Shown: positions 1 through 8,300 of the stretch, piece by piece
How the letters are laid out: the number at the start of each line of letters is the position of its first letter
Position numbering within the stretch: the stretch's first letter is position 1
Position numbers and translations under genes: made by a program
Notes under the pieces: model-generated
What the model was told of the DNA's origin: nothing
Databases searched by the model: none
Seen by the model: the letters and a program-made list of their open reading frames with translations, nothing else
Assembly: GCA_035416745.1 (NCBI GenBank)
Contig: DAOLNV010000057.1
Coordinates: forward strand, 1 to 19,252
Reading direction: 5' to 3'
Source of the DNA: Candidatus Hydrogenedentota bacterium
GTDB taxonomy: Bacteria; Hydrogenedentota; Hydrogenedentia; Hydrogenedentales; SLHB01
Length of the DNA stretch: 19,252 nt

Positions 1-1
1 C

Positions 2-712
2 CTGCTCCACGGCGACCTGGGCCCGTCCTTCGAGAAACCCAGCCGCACCGTGAGCGAATGGATCGCGTACCGGTTCCCGGTGTCGCTCGAACTCGGCCTG
101 TACGGTCTCGCGGTCGCCGTCATCGTGGGGCTATGCGCCGGGGTAACCGCGTCGCTGCGTCCCAACACGCTCACGGACCACTTGCCGATGTCGTTCGCCA
201 TGGCGGGCATTTGCATCCCCAACTTCGTGCTGGGGCCGCTTCTTGTGCTTGTGCTGTCGATCCGTCTGGGCTGGTTGCCGGTGTCCGGCTGGGAATTCCC
301 CGAAGACAAGATCCTCCCCGCGATCACGCTCGGGGTGCCGTACGCCGCATACATCGCGCGGTTGAGCCGCGGGGGGATGCTCGAAGTGCTCTCGCAGGAT
401 TTCATTCGCACGGCTCGGGCGAAGGGCTTGTCGGAAGCGCGGGTGGTGTTGCGCCACGCGTTGCGCGGGGGCATTCAGCCCGTGGTGGCGTTTCTCGGAC
501 CCGCCGCCGCAGGCCTTATCACGGGGTCGTTCGTGGTCGAGAGCATCTTTCAGGTCCCCGGGCTGGGGACCGAGTTCGTGGGCGCGGCGCTGCACCGCGA
601 TTACACCATGATCCTGGGCACGGTGCTCTTCTTTGCGCTGCTCATCTTGCTGTTCAACCTGTTTGTCGACCTTGCCCAAGCGTGGCTCGATCCGAGGGTG
701 CGCTATGAGTGA
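2..712 (+). CDS. ABC transporter permease, OppB/DppB family (5'-truncated at window edge)
   Basis: Frame is open from position 2 (LLHGDLGPSFEKPSRTVSEWIAYRFPVS...). Multi-TM hydrophobic profile and the conserved permease EAA-like region match Opp/Dpp/Nik B-type permeases. Stop TGA at 710-712 overlaps the next gene start (ATGAGTGA). Confidence 0.85.
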   Translation: MLHGDLGPSFEKPSRTVSEWIAYRFPVSLELGLYGLAVAVIVGLCAGVTASLRPNTLTDHLPMSFAMAGICIPNFVLGPLLVLVLSIRLGWLPVSGWEFPEDKILPAITLGVPYAAYIARLSRGGMLEVLSQDFIRTARAKGLSEARVVLRHALRGGIQPVVAFLGPAAAGLITGSFVVESIFQVPGLGTEFVGAALHRDYTMILGTVLFFALLILLFNLFVDLAQAWLDPRVRYE

Positions 713-1604
713 GGCGCAGTCTCCCGGCCACACCGGTTCGCCCGCCATGGAGGAACGGGGCTCGTCGCTCTGGCGCGACGCGCTCGTCCGCCTGCGCAAG
801 AACCGTCTCGCGGTTGGGGGACTGATCGTGCTCTCTGCGCTGCTCGTTCTGTCGTTGCTCACGCCCTGGATCGCCCCCTACGGCTACGAGGAACAGGATT
901 TGGCCCTGGGCGCGTCGCCGCCGAGCCCCGGGCACTGGTTCGGCACCGATTTGCTCGGCCGCGACCTGTTCACGCGCATGTTGTACGGCGGGCGGATCTC
1001 GCTCATGGTCGGTTTCGCGGCAACGGCGGTATCGCTGTGCGTGGGGGTTCTCTACGGGGCGTGCGCGGGCTATGCCGGCGGCCGCACCGACGCCGCAATG
1101 ATGCGTCTGGTCGATATCCTTTATTCGCTGCCGTTCGTGATCTTCGTGATCATCCTCACGGTGTTTTTTGGGCGCAACATCGTGCTGCTGTTCATGGCGA
1201 TCGGGGCCGTGGAGTGGCTGACCATGGCGCGGATCGTCCGCGGCCAGGTGATTTCCTTGCGGCAGAAGGAGTTCATCGAAGCGGCCACGATCATGGGGCT
1301 GCCCCGCTACCGGGTACTGTTGTGGCACCTGATTCCCAACACGCTCGGGCCGATCATCGTCTACGCCACGCTGACGGTGCCCCGCGTGATGTTGCTCGAA
1401 GCGTTTCTCAGCTATCTGGGACTCGGCGTCCAGGCGCCGATGAGTTCGTGGGGACTTCTCATCAACGAGGGCGTGCAAACCATGGAGTACTATCCATGGA
1501 TGCTCGTGTTCCCCAGCGTTGCCTTGTCCCTCACGCTATTTGCGCTGAATTTCCTCGGAGACGGACTTCGCGACGCACTCGACGTGCGCGCATCGAAGGA
1601 TTGA
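705..1604 (+). CDS. ABC transporter permease, OppC/DppC family
   Basis: ATG at 705 overlaps the upstream stop by 8 nt. N-terminal cytoplasmic tail precedes TM1 (LAVGGLIVLSALLVLSLLTPWIAPY, typical of OppC/DppC). The BPD-transporter signature region IVRGQVISLRQKEFIEAA is present. The ORF-track start at 633 is an upstream extension in the overlap. Confidence 0.85.
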   Translation: MSEAQSPGHTGSPAMEERGSSLWRDALVRLRKNRLAVGGLIVLSALLVLSLLTPWIAPYGYEEQDLALGASPPSPGHWFGTDLLGRDLFTRMLYGGRISLMVGFAATAVSLCVGVLYGACAGYAGGRTDAAMMRLVDILYSLPFVIFVIILTVFFGRNIVLLFMAIGAVEWLTMARIVRGQVISLRQKEFIEAATIMGLPRYRVLLWHLIPNTLGPIIVYATLTVPRVMLLEAFLSYLGLGVQAPMSSWGLLINEGVQTMEYYPWMLVFPSVALSLTLFALNFLGDGLRDALDVRASKD

Positions 1605-1605
1605 C

Positions 1606-2580
1606 ATGCCGCTGTTGGACGTAAACGGCCTGACGACCTGTTTCCACACGCGCGAGGGTGTCGTGCGCGCGGTGGACGGCGTGTCGTTTCGCGTCGAACC
1701 TGGCGAGACCATCGGCATCGTCGGCGAATCGGGGTCCGGGAAGTCCGTGGCGAATCTGTCGTTGCTGGGTCTGATCCCGGCGCCGCCCGGGCGCATCGAG
1801 AAGGGAGCGGCTGCGTTCGATGGGGTGGACCTGCTGACCTGCGGCGCCAAGACTCTTCGAGGCATCCGCGGCCAGGCGATCTCGATGATCTTCCAGGACC
1901 CCATGACGGCGTTGAACCCCTTCATGCGCGTCGGCGACCAGATCGTCGAGCCGCTTCGAGTCCACCAGGGGGTCTCGCGGCACGACGCGCGAACGCGCGC
2001 GGCGGCCATGCTCAAGCTCGTGGGTATCCAGGACGAAGAGAGAAGCCTGAGCGCCTGGCCTCACGAGTTTTCCGGCGGCATGCGTCAGCGCGTGATGATC
2101 GCGATGGCGTTGATCACGCGGCCCAAGCTTCTCATCGCCGACGAGCCGACGACCGCGCTCGATGTCACGATTCAGGCGCAAATCCTCGAGCTGCTCGCGC
2201 GGCTCCAACAGGAGATGGGCATGGCGGTGATCCTGATCACGCACGACCTGGGCGTTGTGGCGCGGGTATGCCGGCGGATCTACGTCATGTATGCCGGGAA
2301 GATCATGGAATCGGCCGCCACCGAGGACCTGTTCGCGCGGCCGCGCCACCCCTACACCGAGGCGTTGCTCCAGTCGCTGCCGTCAACTCATATCAAGGGC
2401 GAGCCGCTTCACACCATCCCGGGTCTCCCGCCGGACCTCATGGCGCCTGTCGAGGGCTGCCCGTTCGCGGCGCGGTGCGCGAAGGCGACCGAACGCTGCA
2501 AGCAAGGCATCATTGCGCTGCAAGCGATAGGCGCAGGGCGCCATACCGCCTGTTTCCGCGTGCAGGAGGGCGAACTATGA
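1606..2580 (+). CDS. ABC transporter ATP-binding protein, OppD/DppD family
   Basis: Walker [12 protein letters not shown] signature FSGGMRQR and Walker [13 protein letters not shown] are present. C-terminal oligopeptide-ABC domain with a Cys cluster ([14 protein letters not shown]). Start follows the previous stop by 1 nt. Confidence 0.9.
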   Translation: MPLLDVNGLTTCFHTREGVVRAVDGVSFRVEPGETIGIVGESGSGKSVANLSLLGLIPAPPGRIEKGAAAFDGVDLLTCGAKTLRGIRGQAISMIFQDPMTALNPFMRVGDQIVEPLRVHQGVSRHDARTRAAAMLKLVGIQDEERSLSAWPHEFSGGMRQRVMIAMALITRPKLLIADEPTTALDVTIQAQILELLARLQQEMGMAVILITHDLGVVARVCRRIYVMYAGKIMESAATEDLFARPRHPYTEALLQSLPSTHIKGEPLHTIPGLPPDLMAPVEGCPFAARCAKATERCKQGIIALQAIGAGRHTACFRVQEGEL

Positions 2581-3575
2581 CGCAGCCCTTGCTCGAACTG
2601 CGCGGCCTCAGGGTCCATTTCCAGGTATATTCGGGCATTATCCGGCGGCGGCGTATAGGGACGGTGCGGGCAGTTGACGGCGTGAGTCTCGATATCGCCC
2701 CGGGCGAGACCGTCGGCCTCGTGGGCGAATCGGGTTGCGGCAAGTCAACGCTTGCGCGCGCCGTAGTGCGTCTCGTACCGCCGACCGAAGGCGTCGTGGC
2801 GTTCGAGGGCCGCGAGATCAGCGGTCTCTCCGAAGACGCGTTCCGTGGCATCCGGCCCCGGCTTCAGATGATCTTCCAGGACCCCTACGCGTCGCTGAAT
2901 CCGCGCATGACGGTATTCGACGCGCTGGCTGAACCGTTGCGCGTGCACGGTCTCGTGAACGGGACGGGCGTGACCCGCCGCGTGTCGGAATTGATGGAGC
3001 TGGTCGGTCTCGCGCCGCGTTTCGTGCGCAAGTATCCGCATGAGTTCTCGGGCGGCCAGCGGCAGCGGATCGCCATCGCCCGCGCCTTGGCGCTCGAACC
3101 CAAGCTGGTGATCGCCGACGAACCGGTATCCGCCCTCGACGTGTCGGTGCAGGCGCAGATCCTCAATCTCATCGCCCGGCTGCGCGATCAGATGGGCCTG
3201 ACCCTGCTGTTCATCGCCCACGATTTGTCGGTGGTCCATTACCTCTCGCACCGGATCGCCGTGATGTATCTCGGCCGCATCGTCGAGCTGGGGCCCGCAA
3301 CCGGCGTGTTCCAGCGTTCGCGCCATCCCTACACCAAAGCGCTTATCAGCGCGATCCCCGTCCCCGATCCGGCGCGAGAAAAGGCCCGGCAGCGCGTGGC
3401 CCTGCGGGGCGAACCCGCTTCGCCGTTGAACCCGCCGCCGGGCTGCCCGTTCCATCCGCGCTGTCCCTACGCGGAACCCCGGTGCGCGGAACTGCTGCCG
3501 CCGCTCGAATCCTGCGGCGAACACCACCAGGCCGCCTGCATCCGCATCGGGGAAATCGAGCACGAGCGGCTCTGA
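2577..3575 (+). CDS. ABC transporter ATP-binding protein, OppF/DppF family
   Basis: ATG at 2577 overlaps the upstream stop (ATGA). Walker [10 protein letters not shown], signature FSGGQRQR and Walker [13 protein letters not shown] are present. C-terminal [14 protein letters not shown] motif. The ORF-track start at 2268 is an out-of-domain N-terminal extension inside the upstream gene. Confidence 0.9.
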   Translation: MTQPLLELRGLRVHFQVYSGIIRRRRIGTVRAVDGVSLDIAPGETVGLVGESGCGKSTLARAVVRLVPPTEGVVAFEGREISGLSEDAFRGIRPRLQMIFQDPYASLNPRMTVFDALAEPLRVHGLVNGTGVTRRVSELMELVGLAPRFVRKYPHEFSGGQRQRIAIARALALEPKLVIADEPVSALDVSVQAQILNLIARLRDQMGLTLLFIAHDLSVVHYLSHRIAVMYLGRIVELGPATGVFQRSRHPYTKALISAIPVPDPAREKARQRVALRGEPASPLNPPPGCPFHPRCPYAEPRCAELLPPLESCGEHHQAACIRIGEIEHERL

Positions 3576-4123
3576 CGCGTCCGGCTGATCAGAAACGTGG
3601 GCGAGGCCGGGCCCACGGGCACCCCGTGGAGAATCTGCAGCGACGGAATGCCCAAGTGCCGGGCGTATTGCACGAGGGCGCGCATGTCCCGGCTGTGGTC
3701 CTCCGACACCACCAACAGCCGAAGGTCGCGCTGTTGCGCGGTGTTATGCAAGCTCTCGACAGCCACGAGCTCGGCCACGAGATCGCGCCGCAACGCCTCC
3801 AACAGGGTTGTTTCCAGGCTTTCAACCACGGCGCGTTCGAGAAAAGGATAGTTTGACCGCAGCGCGCCGCCCCGCATAGCCTCGGACGCTTCACCGATGC
3901 GCCGCAGAGCTTCCGCGTTCGCCCGCTGGACGAGGTCGTCGGGGTTGTACGCGTAGAGCGATTCGTTGGGGGTGCCTCGGTGGGTAAGCAGTTCCGTGGT
4001 AGGGTCGAGGGTCACCAGGTCGATGTCCGCCCGGGTAAGGAGCGCCTCGGCGACGCGTTCCGCCCCCCGGTACCCCATGAGACAGAAGAAAATGGCTGGC
4101 CGTGCGTTCCGTGGCCGGGTCAT
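3467..4123 (-). CDS. hypothetical protein (218 aa), possible Rossmann/NYN-like alpha-beta fold, family not recognised
   Basis: ATG at 4121-4123 (reverse strand) overlaps the upstream stop (ATGA). Third-position GC is high across the ORF. There is weak resemblance to LabA/NYN-type topology (N-terminal AIFF... strand, C-terminal LLVVSEDHSRDMRALVQYARHLGI), but the catalytic Asp/Asn motifs are not evident. The last ~40 codons are low-complexity and run antisense into the ATPase F gene 3' end. Confidence 0.4.
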   Translation of the reverse strand: MTRPRNARPAIFFCLMGYRGAERVAEALLTRADIDLVTLDPTTELLTHRGTPNESLYAYNPDDLVQRANAEALRRIGEASEAMRGGALRSNYPFLERAVVESLETTLLEALRRDLVAELVAVESLHNTAQQRDLRLLVVSEDHSRDMRALVQYARHLGIPSLQILHGVPVGPASPTFLISRTRQSRSCSISPMRMQAAWWCSPQDSSGGSSSAHRGSA

Positions 4124-4353
4124 GCGCGGCCTCGCTTGTCGGCCTCGGCGAAAATGGGGACCAGGTCGCGCACCAGCACTTGTTCGAGCGGCATCCCTAG
4201 GTTGACGCCGCGGTGTGTGAGCGCCGATGCCAGCTCCGGATTCCGGTGCCACGTGCGCGCCACCAGACGCGCCCGGCGGTCTACGGCGTGCAGTCCGGGT
4301 TCGAGACCCGCATCACGGGCAAGCTGCGCCTCAAGACTGGTGATGTCTTCCAT
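4120..4353 (-). CDS. hypothetical small protein (77 aa)
   Basis: ATG at 4351-4353 (reverse strand) is preceded by AGAGGG, 8 nt upstream. GC3 is high. Its stop overlaps the start of the downstream ORF by 4 nt, indicating translational coupling. No recognisable domain. Confidence 0.4.
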   Translation of the reverse strand: MEDITSLEAQLARDAGLEPGLHAVDRRARLVARTWHRNPELASALTHRGVNLGMPLEQVLVRDLVPIFAEADKRGRA

Positions 4354-4570
4354 GACATTGGCCCTCTGCGTCCCTGGACTTTTTCGCGTACGGCTGCGAG
4401 AGTACCACAGCCGGCAGCAGACACCGTAGCAGGCATCGTCCCGAGCGCGTTCCGTGCCAAATCGAGTGCGCTTCGGTTGACATAGATAGCCACTCGAAGC
4501 TCCGGAGGCGCTCTTCTCCGCCCGTTTCCGTGCTCACTGCAGCGGATTTCTTCCCGCGGCGCCCCTCGCC

Positions 4571-4732
4571 CTAACGCGATTCGGTGAAGGTCTGAGACGC
4601 GGCGCCGGGCAGGGTGACGGCGAATGCGGCGTCTTCAAACCGCACAGTAGCCGTTCCCTCGGGCAAGGTCAGTGTCACATTGCGCGGCAGGGCCGAGTTG
4701 GCGGGGTCAATGCCGGCCTTCGTACGAAACAT
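4571..4732 (-). CDS. hypothetical small protein (53 aa, MFRTKAGIDPANSALPRNVTLTLPEGTATVRFEDAAFAVTLPGAASQTFTESR)
   Basis: ATG at 4730-4732 (reverse strand) with a strong SD GGAGGG 6 nt upstream. High GC3. Lies 40 nt downstream of, and co-oriented with, the glycoside-hydrolase-like gene. The ORF-track version (4571..4753) starts at an upstream in-frame codon without an SD. Confidence 0.35.
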   Translation of the reverse strand: MFRTKAGIDPANSALPRNVTLTLPEGTATVRFEDAAFAVTLPGAASQTFTESR

Positions 4733-4794
4733 GGCGACCCTCCAAAAACTCACTCAAGGGCTCTGCAACACGCGGCGTGCGGCCCCACTCACCT

Positions 4795-5823
4795 TTACGG
4801 ATAGATATACCTTCTTTCCGCGGCGTCGAATTTGATCGTAGGCACGACTTCCGGAAAGTAGCTTTCGAACAATGCTCGCATCGGCCCAGCATACATGGCA
4901 ACGCGGATGGTCCCCCAGGTGGCCTGGTCGCCTGTTGCATAGAAGATGTAGGTGTTGCCCTCGAACTCGAACAGGTCCGCGTCGGTATTGTTGATGCCTT
5001 CACCCGTAACGGGATCGAGCATGGGCCCTTCGCATGGGCTTACATCCCACGCAACGAGATCCTTCGAGCGCGCTACAACCGTCACGTAGCGGGTTTCGGG
5101 CAAGAGATAGTGGTAACACTTCCAGGGCCGCTCCTGAAAGCTCCAGACGCCGTACATGACATAGTAATAGGGAGCCAAATACCGGATTGTCGGATTGGCG
5201 CACGCCGTATTGCCCTCGGCGTCGGCGAAATCCAATCCTGGCATCTTCTCCCAGTGCGACAGGTCTTTTGACCGGGCGAATCGGAAGCACCATTTCACGG
5301 GCACCTGGGATTCGTAGGCCATGAGGAAGCCCTGCTCATCGCGGCAGACCGACGAATTGAAGAATTCCTCCGTGCCGTCCCGGGCGATCGCGAGTTCCTG
5401 TTTCCAGGTTTTGAGGTCGGTGGTAGCGAAGCGGTTGATACATTTCGTGTTGATTACCTCGCCAAAGTCGGTAAACTCCGTGGCGAACACATTCAGTTCG
5501 GGGCCGTTGACAAACGCGCTCACGAAAGAATGGCCTTTTCCGAAACGCGCCACCTCCTCCCCGGTCGTCAGGTCTCGAATGAATAGATAAGCGTCCTCGC
5601 CTTTGGCCTTGAAACCGCCCGGGCGGTGGTTGTCGACCAGAAGAGGACGGCCATTGAAGATGATCGGCGTGTTTTCCATGCCCGTGGGAAAGCTGAAGGG
5701 CAATTTCACGAGCTTTGGGTTGGGCGGCGCGGCCGAATTCGGACTGTCGCCGGCAAACGTGGCGCGCGACACAAGGGCGCAAACAGCCAATGCAACGCCC
5801 ACTAATGCAGTTCTGTTGAACAT
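4795..5823 (-). CDS. secreted glycoside-hydrolase-like protein, 5-bladed beta-propeller type (GH43/GH32-like; exact family uncertain)
   Basis: ATG at 5821-5823 (reverse strand) is preceded by GGGAGA. Signal peptide MFNRTALVGVALAVCALVSRATFA. Recurrent blade motifs ARSKDLSHWE / ARSKDLVAWD / TDLKTWKQ and a CEGP segment resembling the GH43 EGP catalytic-acid motif. The ORF-track start (5907) is an upstream extension overlapping the preceding gene. Confidence 0.6.
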   Translation of the reverse strand: MFNRTALVGVALAVCALVSRATFAGDSPNSAAPPNPKLVKLPFSFPTGMENTPIIFNGRPLLVDNHRPGGFKAKGEDAYLFIRDLTTGEEVARFGKGHSFVSAFVNGPELNVFATEFTDFGEVINTKCINRFATTDLKTWKQELAIARDGTEEFFNSSVCRDEQGFLMAYESQVPVKWCFRFARSKDLSHWEKMPGLDFADAEGNTACANPTIRYLAPYYYVMYGVWSFQERPWKCYHYLLPETRYVTVVARSKDLVAWDVSPCEGPMLDPVTGEGINNTDADLFEFEGNTYIFYATGDQATWGTIRVAMYAGPMRALFESYFPEVVPTIKFDAAERRYIYP

Positions 5824-5831
5824 CGGTCTCC

Positions 5832-7949
5832 CTACTTTCTGAATTCGAGTTCCAGTATGGCGGGACCGTCGACATCGACGCCCAGCCAGAGCGTCTGACC
5901 GTCCCACGCGTATTCGTCGTCTCGCAACACTCGATCCGCAAACGTGACCCGGCCGAGCGTCTTCGGGGCGCCCGGCAATTCAAAGACCGGATTCACGCAG
6001 GATACGGACGGCTTGATCGTGATGGCAACCTTGTCGCCTTCGACATCGAGCTTGTAGGCGCGGCGCTCGGGGACATACGGATCGCCGCCGGTTTCCGCGC
6101 CCTGCGCCTCGACCGCGGCCGGCTGGCTGAAACTGCGCGCCCGCGCGACCAGCCTTTCGTCCGGCTCGCCTGTCATGCCGATCAGCCATACCCAACATTG
6201 GGTCAACATTTCCCTGGAGCGGCCCAATGTGTCAACCGACGGGCCGGTGCGGCGCCATACCGGTTCGGGCCGGTGCCTCGCCCAACTCATGAGGCTGTTG
6301 TGCGAAGGGCTGACATGGATCCGGTCGTCGATCGCCCATCCGGTCGTCTTCCCCCGCGCCAAGGGCCAGTGGCTGCCCCAGTACGCCGGCGTTACCATGT
6401 AGCCGCGCTCGTAGAATGGACGGAACGTTACCAGCTCCTCAACGGGGAACGGATCCCGCGGATTGAAATAGACCGCCGTCTCGCTTTCCTCTTTATGGAA
6501 CTGCACGCGGTAAACGAGCGGCGGCTTCGGCCCGGGCGGGACTTTCTCCGTCACAAACGGTATCGGAACGGACGACGACGCCCCATCAAGCCCTAAACAA
6601 CGGACCGGGTCAGCAGGAACCAAATCGAACGGAAACCCCTCCGGAGGCGCAAGCCCGATGAACTCGCTAAGTTCGTAGTCGGCATTCGGTGTGCTCTTGA
6701 GCGTCAACACCCGCGTGCCAAAACCGTCCGGATAGAAATAGAAGTCTTCCTGGGCCGCATCGCCCCACACCTTGTAAAGAAAATCGCAGGACTGGTATGT
6801 CCACCGGACATGGACCCGCGCCGGGGTCGATTCTACGATCGAGACCCGTCCGTAGCGGAGTTCCTTGTCCATGAGCGGCTCGACGGAATCGACAAACCCT
6901 TCGGGGAGCGGTCCGGTTTCGGCCCACTCGTAGCTCAAGCCGGTATTGTGCCGCCCCGCCCAGAATGGGACATAATTCGAGCCGCGCCAGAAGACAAAGC
7001 GGCTCCCGTTGGGCAAAAACACCACAACATCCTTCAACTCCTCGGACCACCCCTCCTCGTAGGGCATGGTCGACAGGGCTCCAGTCTTCGGGTCGCGGAC
7101 GGAGATCGGCAGGTCGTAGCGCAGTTTCGTCTCGCGTGCGCCGAATCGCGGCCACGTTGGTGGTTCCTTGACTAGCATCACGTGGATTTGTTTGTGCCAC
7201 AGCTCTTTTCCGTCGGGACCCTGGATATAGACCTGAAGGATGTCGCCCTTAACATCAAAAGACGGTTCGCGCAGCTCCATCTCGGTTTGCGCGCGTATGC
7301 CCCGGCTCAGTGACAGGGGAACCTCCGCGGGCGGCGACGGCTGTGACTCGAACCAGGCGGTCACGCGCGCGCCGGGTATGTCCGCGGTGCGGGAGAATGC
7401 GGCCACGTTCACGAGTGCCCGGCGGCCGGGGCACAGCACAAGCCAATCATATCGCGGGAAGACGGCACCGAGATCGATGGGATTGATAGGCGTCTCGAGG
7501 CATGCTATAGCCTCGGCTTCAAATTCCCGCCCGGGTATGATTTGAGAAGCGATTTCCCGCCACGTTTCGCCGCTCCCGGCAAGCAGAACGACCCGGTCTA
7601 TAGAGGGGTCCATTTCCCGGATGGCAGGGAACTCAGCGGAAAACTCGATTTGCTCCCGCAATACCGCGACGCCTTCACGGTACCCGACGAGGAGGGTCTG
7701 GTCTTCATTGTCGATCTTGTCCGGAGGCTCGATGACGATGCGAGTGGGTTGACCGACACGGCCGAGACCGAACGGCGGCCTCCATGGATGGCCCATGTCC
7801 ACGGTGAGCACCGGAGCGGATTGCACCCCAGACCGTGCGGCATCGCTCGCAGGCGTATCCTGCCCGGGTTGGGCCCGGGCGGTCCAGAAGAGTATACCCG
7901 TGAACAGGCATGCCATGAGCGCCCACGCCGGAATCCTCCTATACGGCAC
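5832..7949 (-). CDS. secreted hypothetical protein (705 aa), family not recognised; candidate carbohydrate-active protein by context
   Basis: GTG start at 7947-7949 (reverse strand) with a strong SD GGAGGTG about 5 nt upstream. Classical signal peptide MPYRRIPAWALMACLFTGILFWTARA|QP (RR n-region, AxA site). An in-frame ATG at 7916 would lack the n-region. Long uninterrupted ORF with high GC3. Stop is 8 nt before the next gene start (operon). Confidence 0.7.
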   Translation of the reverse strand: MPYRRIPAWALMACLFTGILFWTARAQPGQDTPASDAARSGVQSAPVLTVDMGHPWRPPFGLGRVGQPTRIVIEPPDKIDNEDQTLLVGYREGVAVLREQIEFSAEFPAIREMDPSIDRVVLLAGSGETWREIASQIIPGREFEAEAIACLETPINPIDLGAVFPRYDWLVLCPGRRALVNVAAFSRTADIPGARVTAWFESQPSPPAEVPLSLSRGIRAQTEMELREPSFDVKGDILQVYIQGPDGKELWHKQIHVMLVKEPPTWPRFGARETKLRYDLPISVRDPKTGALSTMPYEEGWSEELKDVVVFLPNGSRFVFWRGSNYVPFWAGRHNTGLSYEWAETGPLPEGFVDSVEPLMDKELRYGRVSIVESTPARVHVRWTYQSCDFLYKVWGDAAQEDFYFYPDGFGTRVLTLKSTPNADYELSEFIGLAPPEGFPFDLVPADPVRCLGLDGASSSVPIPFVTEKVPPGPKPPLVYRVQFHKEESETAVYFNPRDPFPVEELVTFRPFYERGYMVTPAYWGSHWPLARGKTTGWAIDDRIHVSPSHNSLMSWARHRPEPVWRRTGPSVDTLGRSREMLTQCWVWLIGMTGEPDERLVARARSFSQPAAVEAQGAETGGDPYVPERRAYKLDVEGDKVAITIKPSVSCVNPVFELPGAPKTLGRVTFADRVLRDDEYAWDGQTLWLGVDVDGPAILELEFRK

Positions 7950-8170
7950 TGGCCACCTCCCCCCGGTTTGCGCTCAAGGTGCGGAACGCGGCTTAAAATT
8001 GGCAGTGGCGGGGCTTCTCAAACGGGCCCGCCCGCGCCGTAGCGTTTCCGCCGCGTGTATCTCTCAGCGCATCCGCTTCGAGAAGGCATGGTACGCGCGT
8101 CCGCGCGCCGCACACAAACACGCCTCTCAGGCGAAAGGCCGCCGGACACCCTGCGGGACACGGTTTTCTC

Positions 8171-8199
8171 TTTATCCGGGTGAAGCAATGCGGCATAAT
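8171..8199 (+). promoter_or_regulatory. putative sigma70-type promoter for the GH4 gene (-35 TTTATC, 17-nt spacer, -10 CATAAT)
   Basis: Hexamers at 8171-8176 and 8194-8199 with 17-nt spacing, about 100 nt upstream of the ATG at 8301. Followed immediately by the inverted repeat CCCCCG-N9-CGGGGG (8200-8220) that contains TTGACA. Confidence 0.3.
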
Positions 8200-8300
8200 C
8201 CCCCGTTGACAGTTCGGGGGAATGCCCGGCGCAAAGCGCGGCGTTTTGTCTGCCGATCGGCTTTCCACACCATCGCCTTGAAGGATTCCGGAGGGTCATT

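Noticed and set aside
2268-2576. N-terminal 103-aa extension of the ATPase F ORF suggested by the ORF track
   Set aside because: The extension lies inside the ATPase D gene in another frame and is Arg/Pro-rich. The conserved ATPase N-terminus begins at the ATG at 2577, which overlaps the upstream stop (ATGA).
4283-4300. tRNA T-arm-like motif GGGTTCGAGACCCG
   Set aside because: No complementary acceptor stem, D-arm or anticodon arm can be built in the flanks. It lies inside a coding-like ORF on the opposite strand.
3482-4429. Plus-strand ORFs of 124 aa and 149 aa
   Set aside because: Arg-rich low-complexity translations. The minus-strand pair in the same interval has SDs, coupling and better codon periodicity.
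5824-5907. Upstream extension of the glycoside-hydrolase-like ORF (start at 5907)
   Set aside because: Would overlap the preceding gene by 75 nt and place an Arg-rich 28-aa segment before a perfectly formed signal peptide. The ATG at 5823 has a GGGAGA SD.
8094-8107. CGCGCG-tc-CGCGCG inverted repeat
   Set aside because: (CG)n is trivially self-complementary in 65% GC DNA, so this is not informative.
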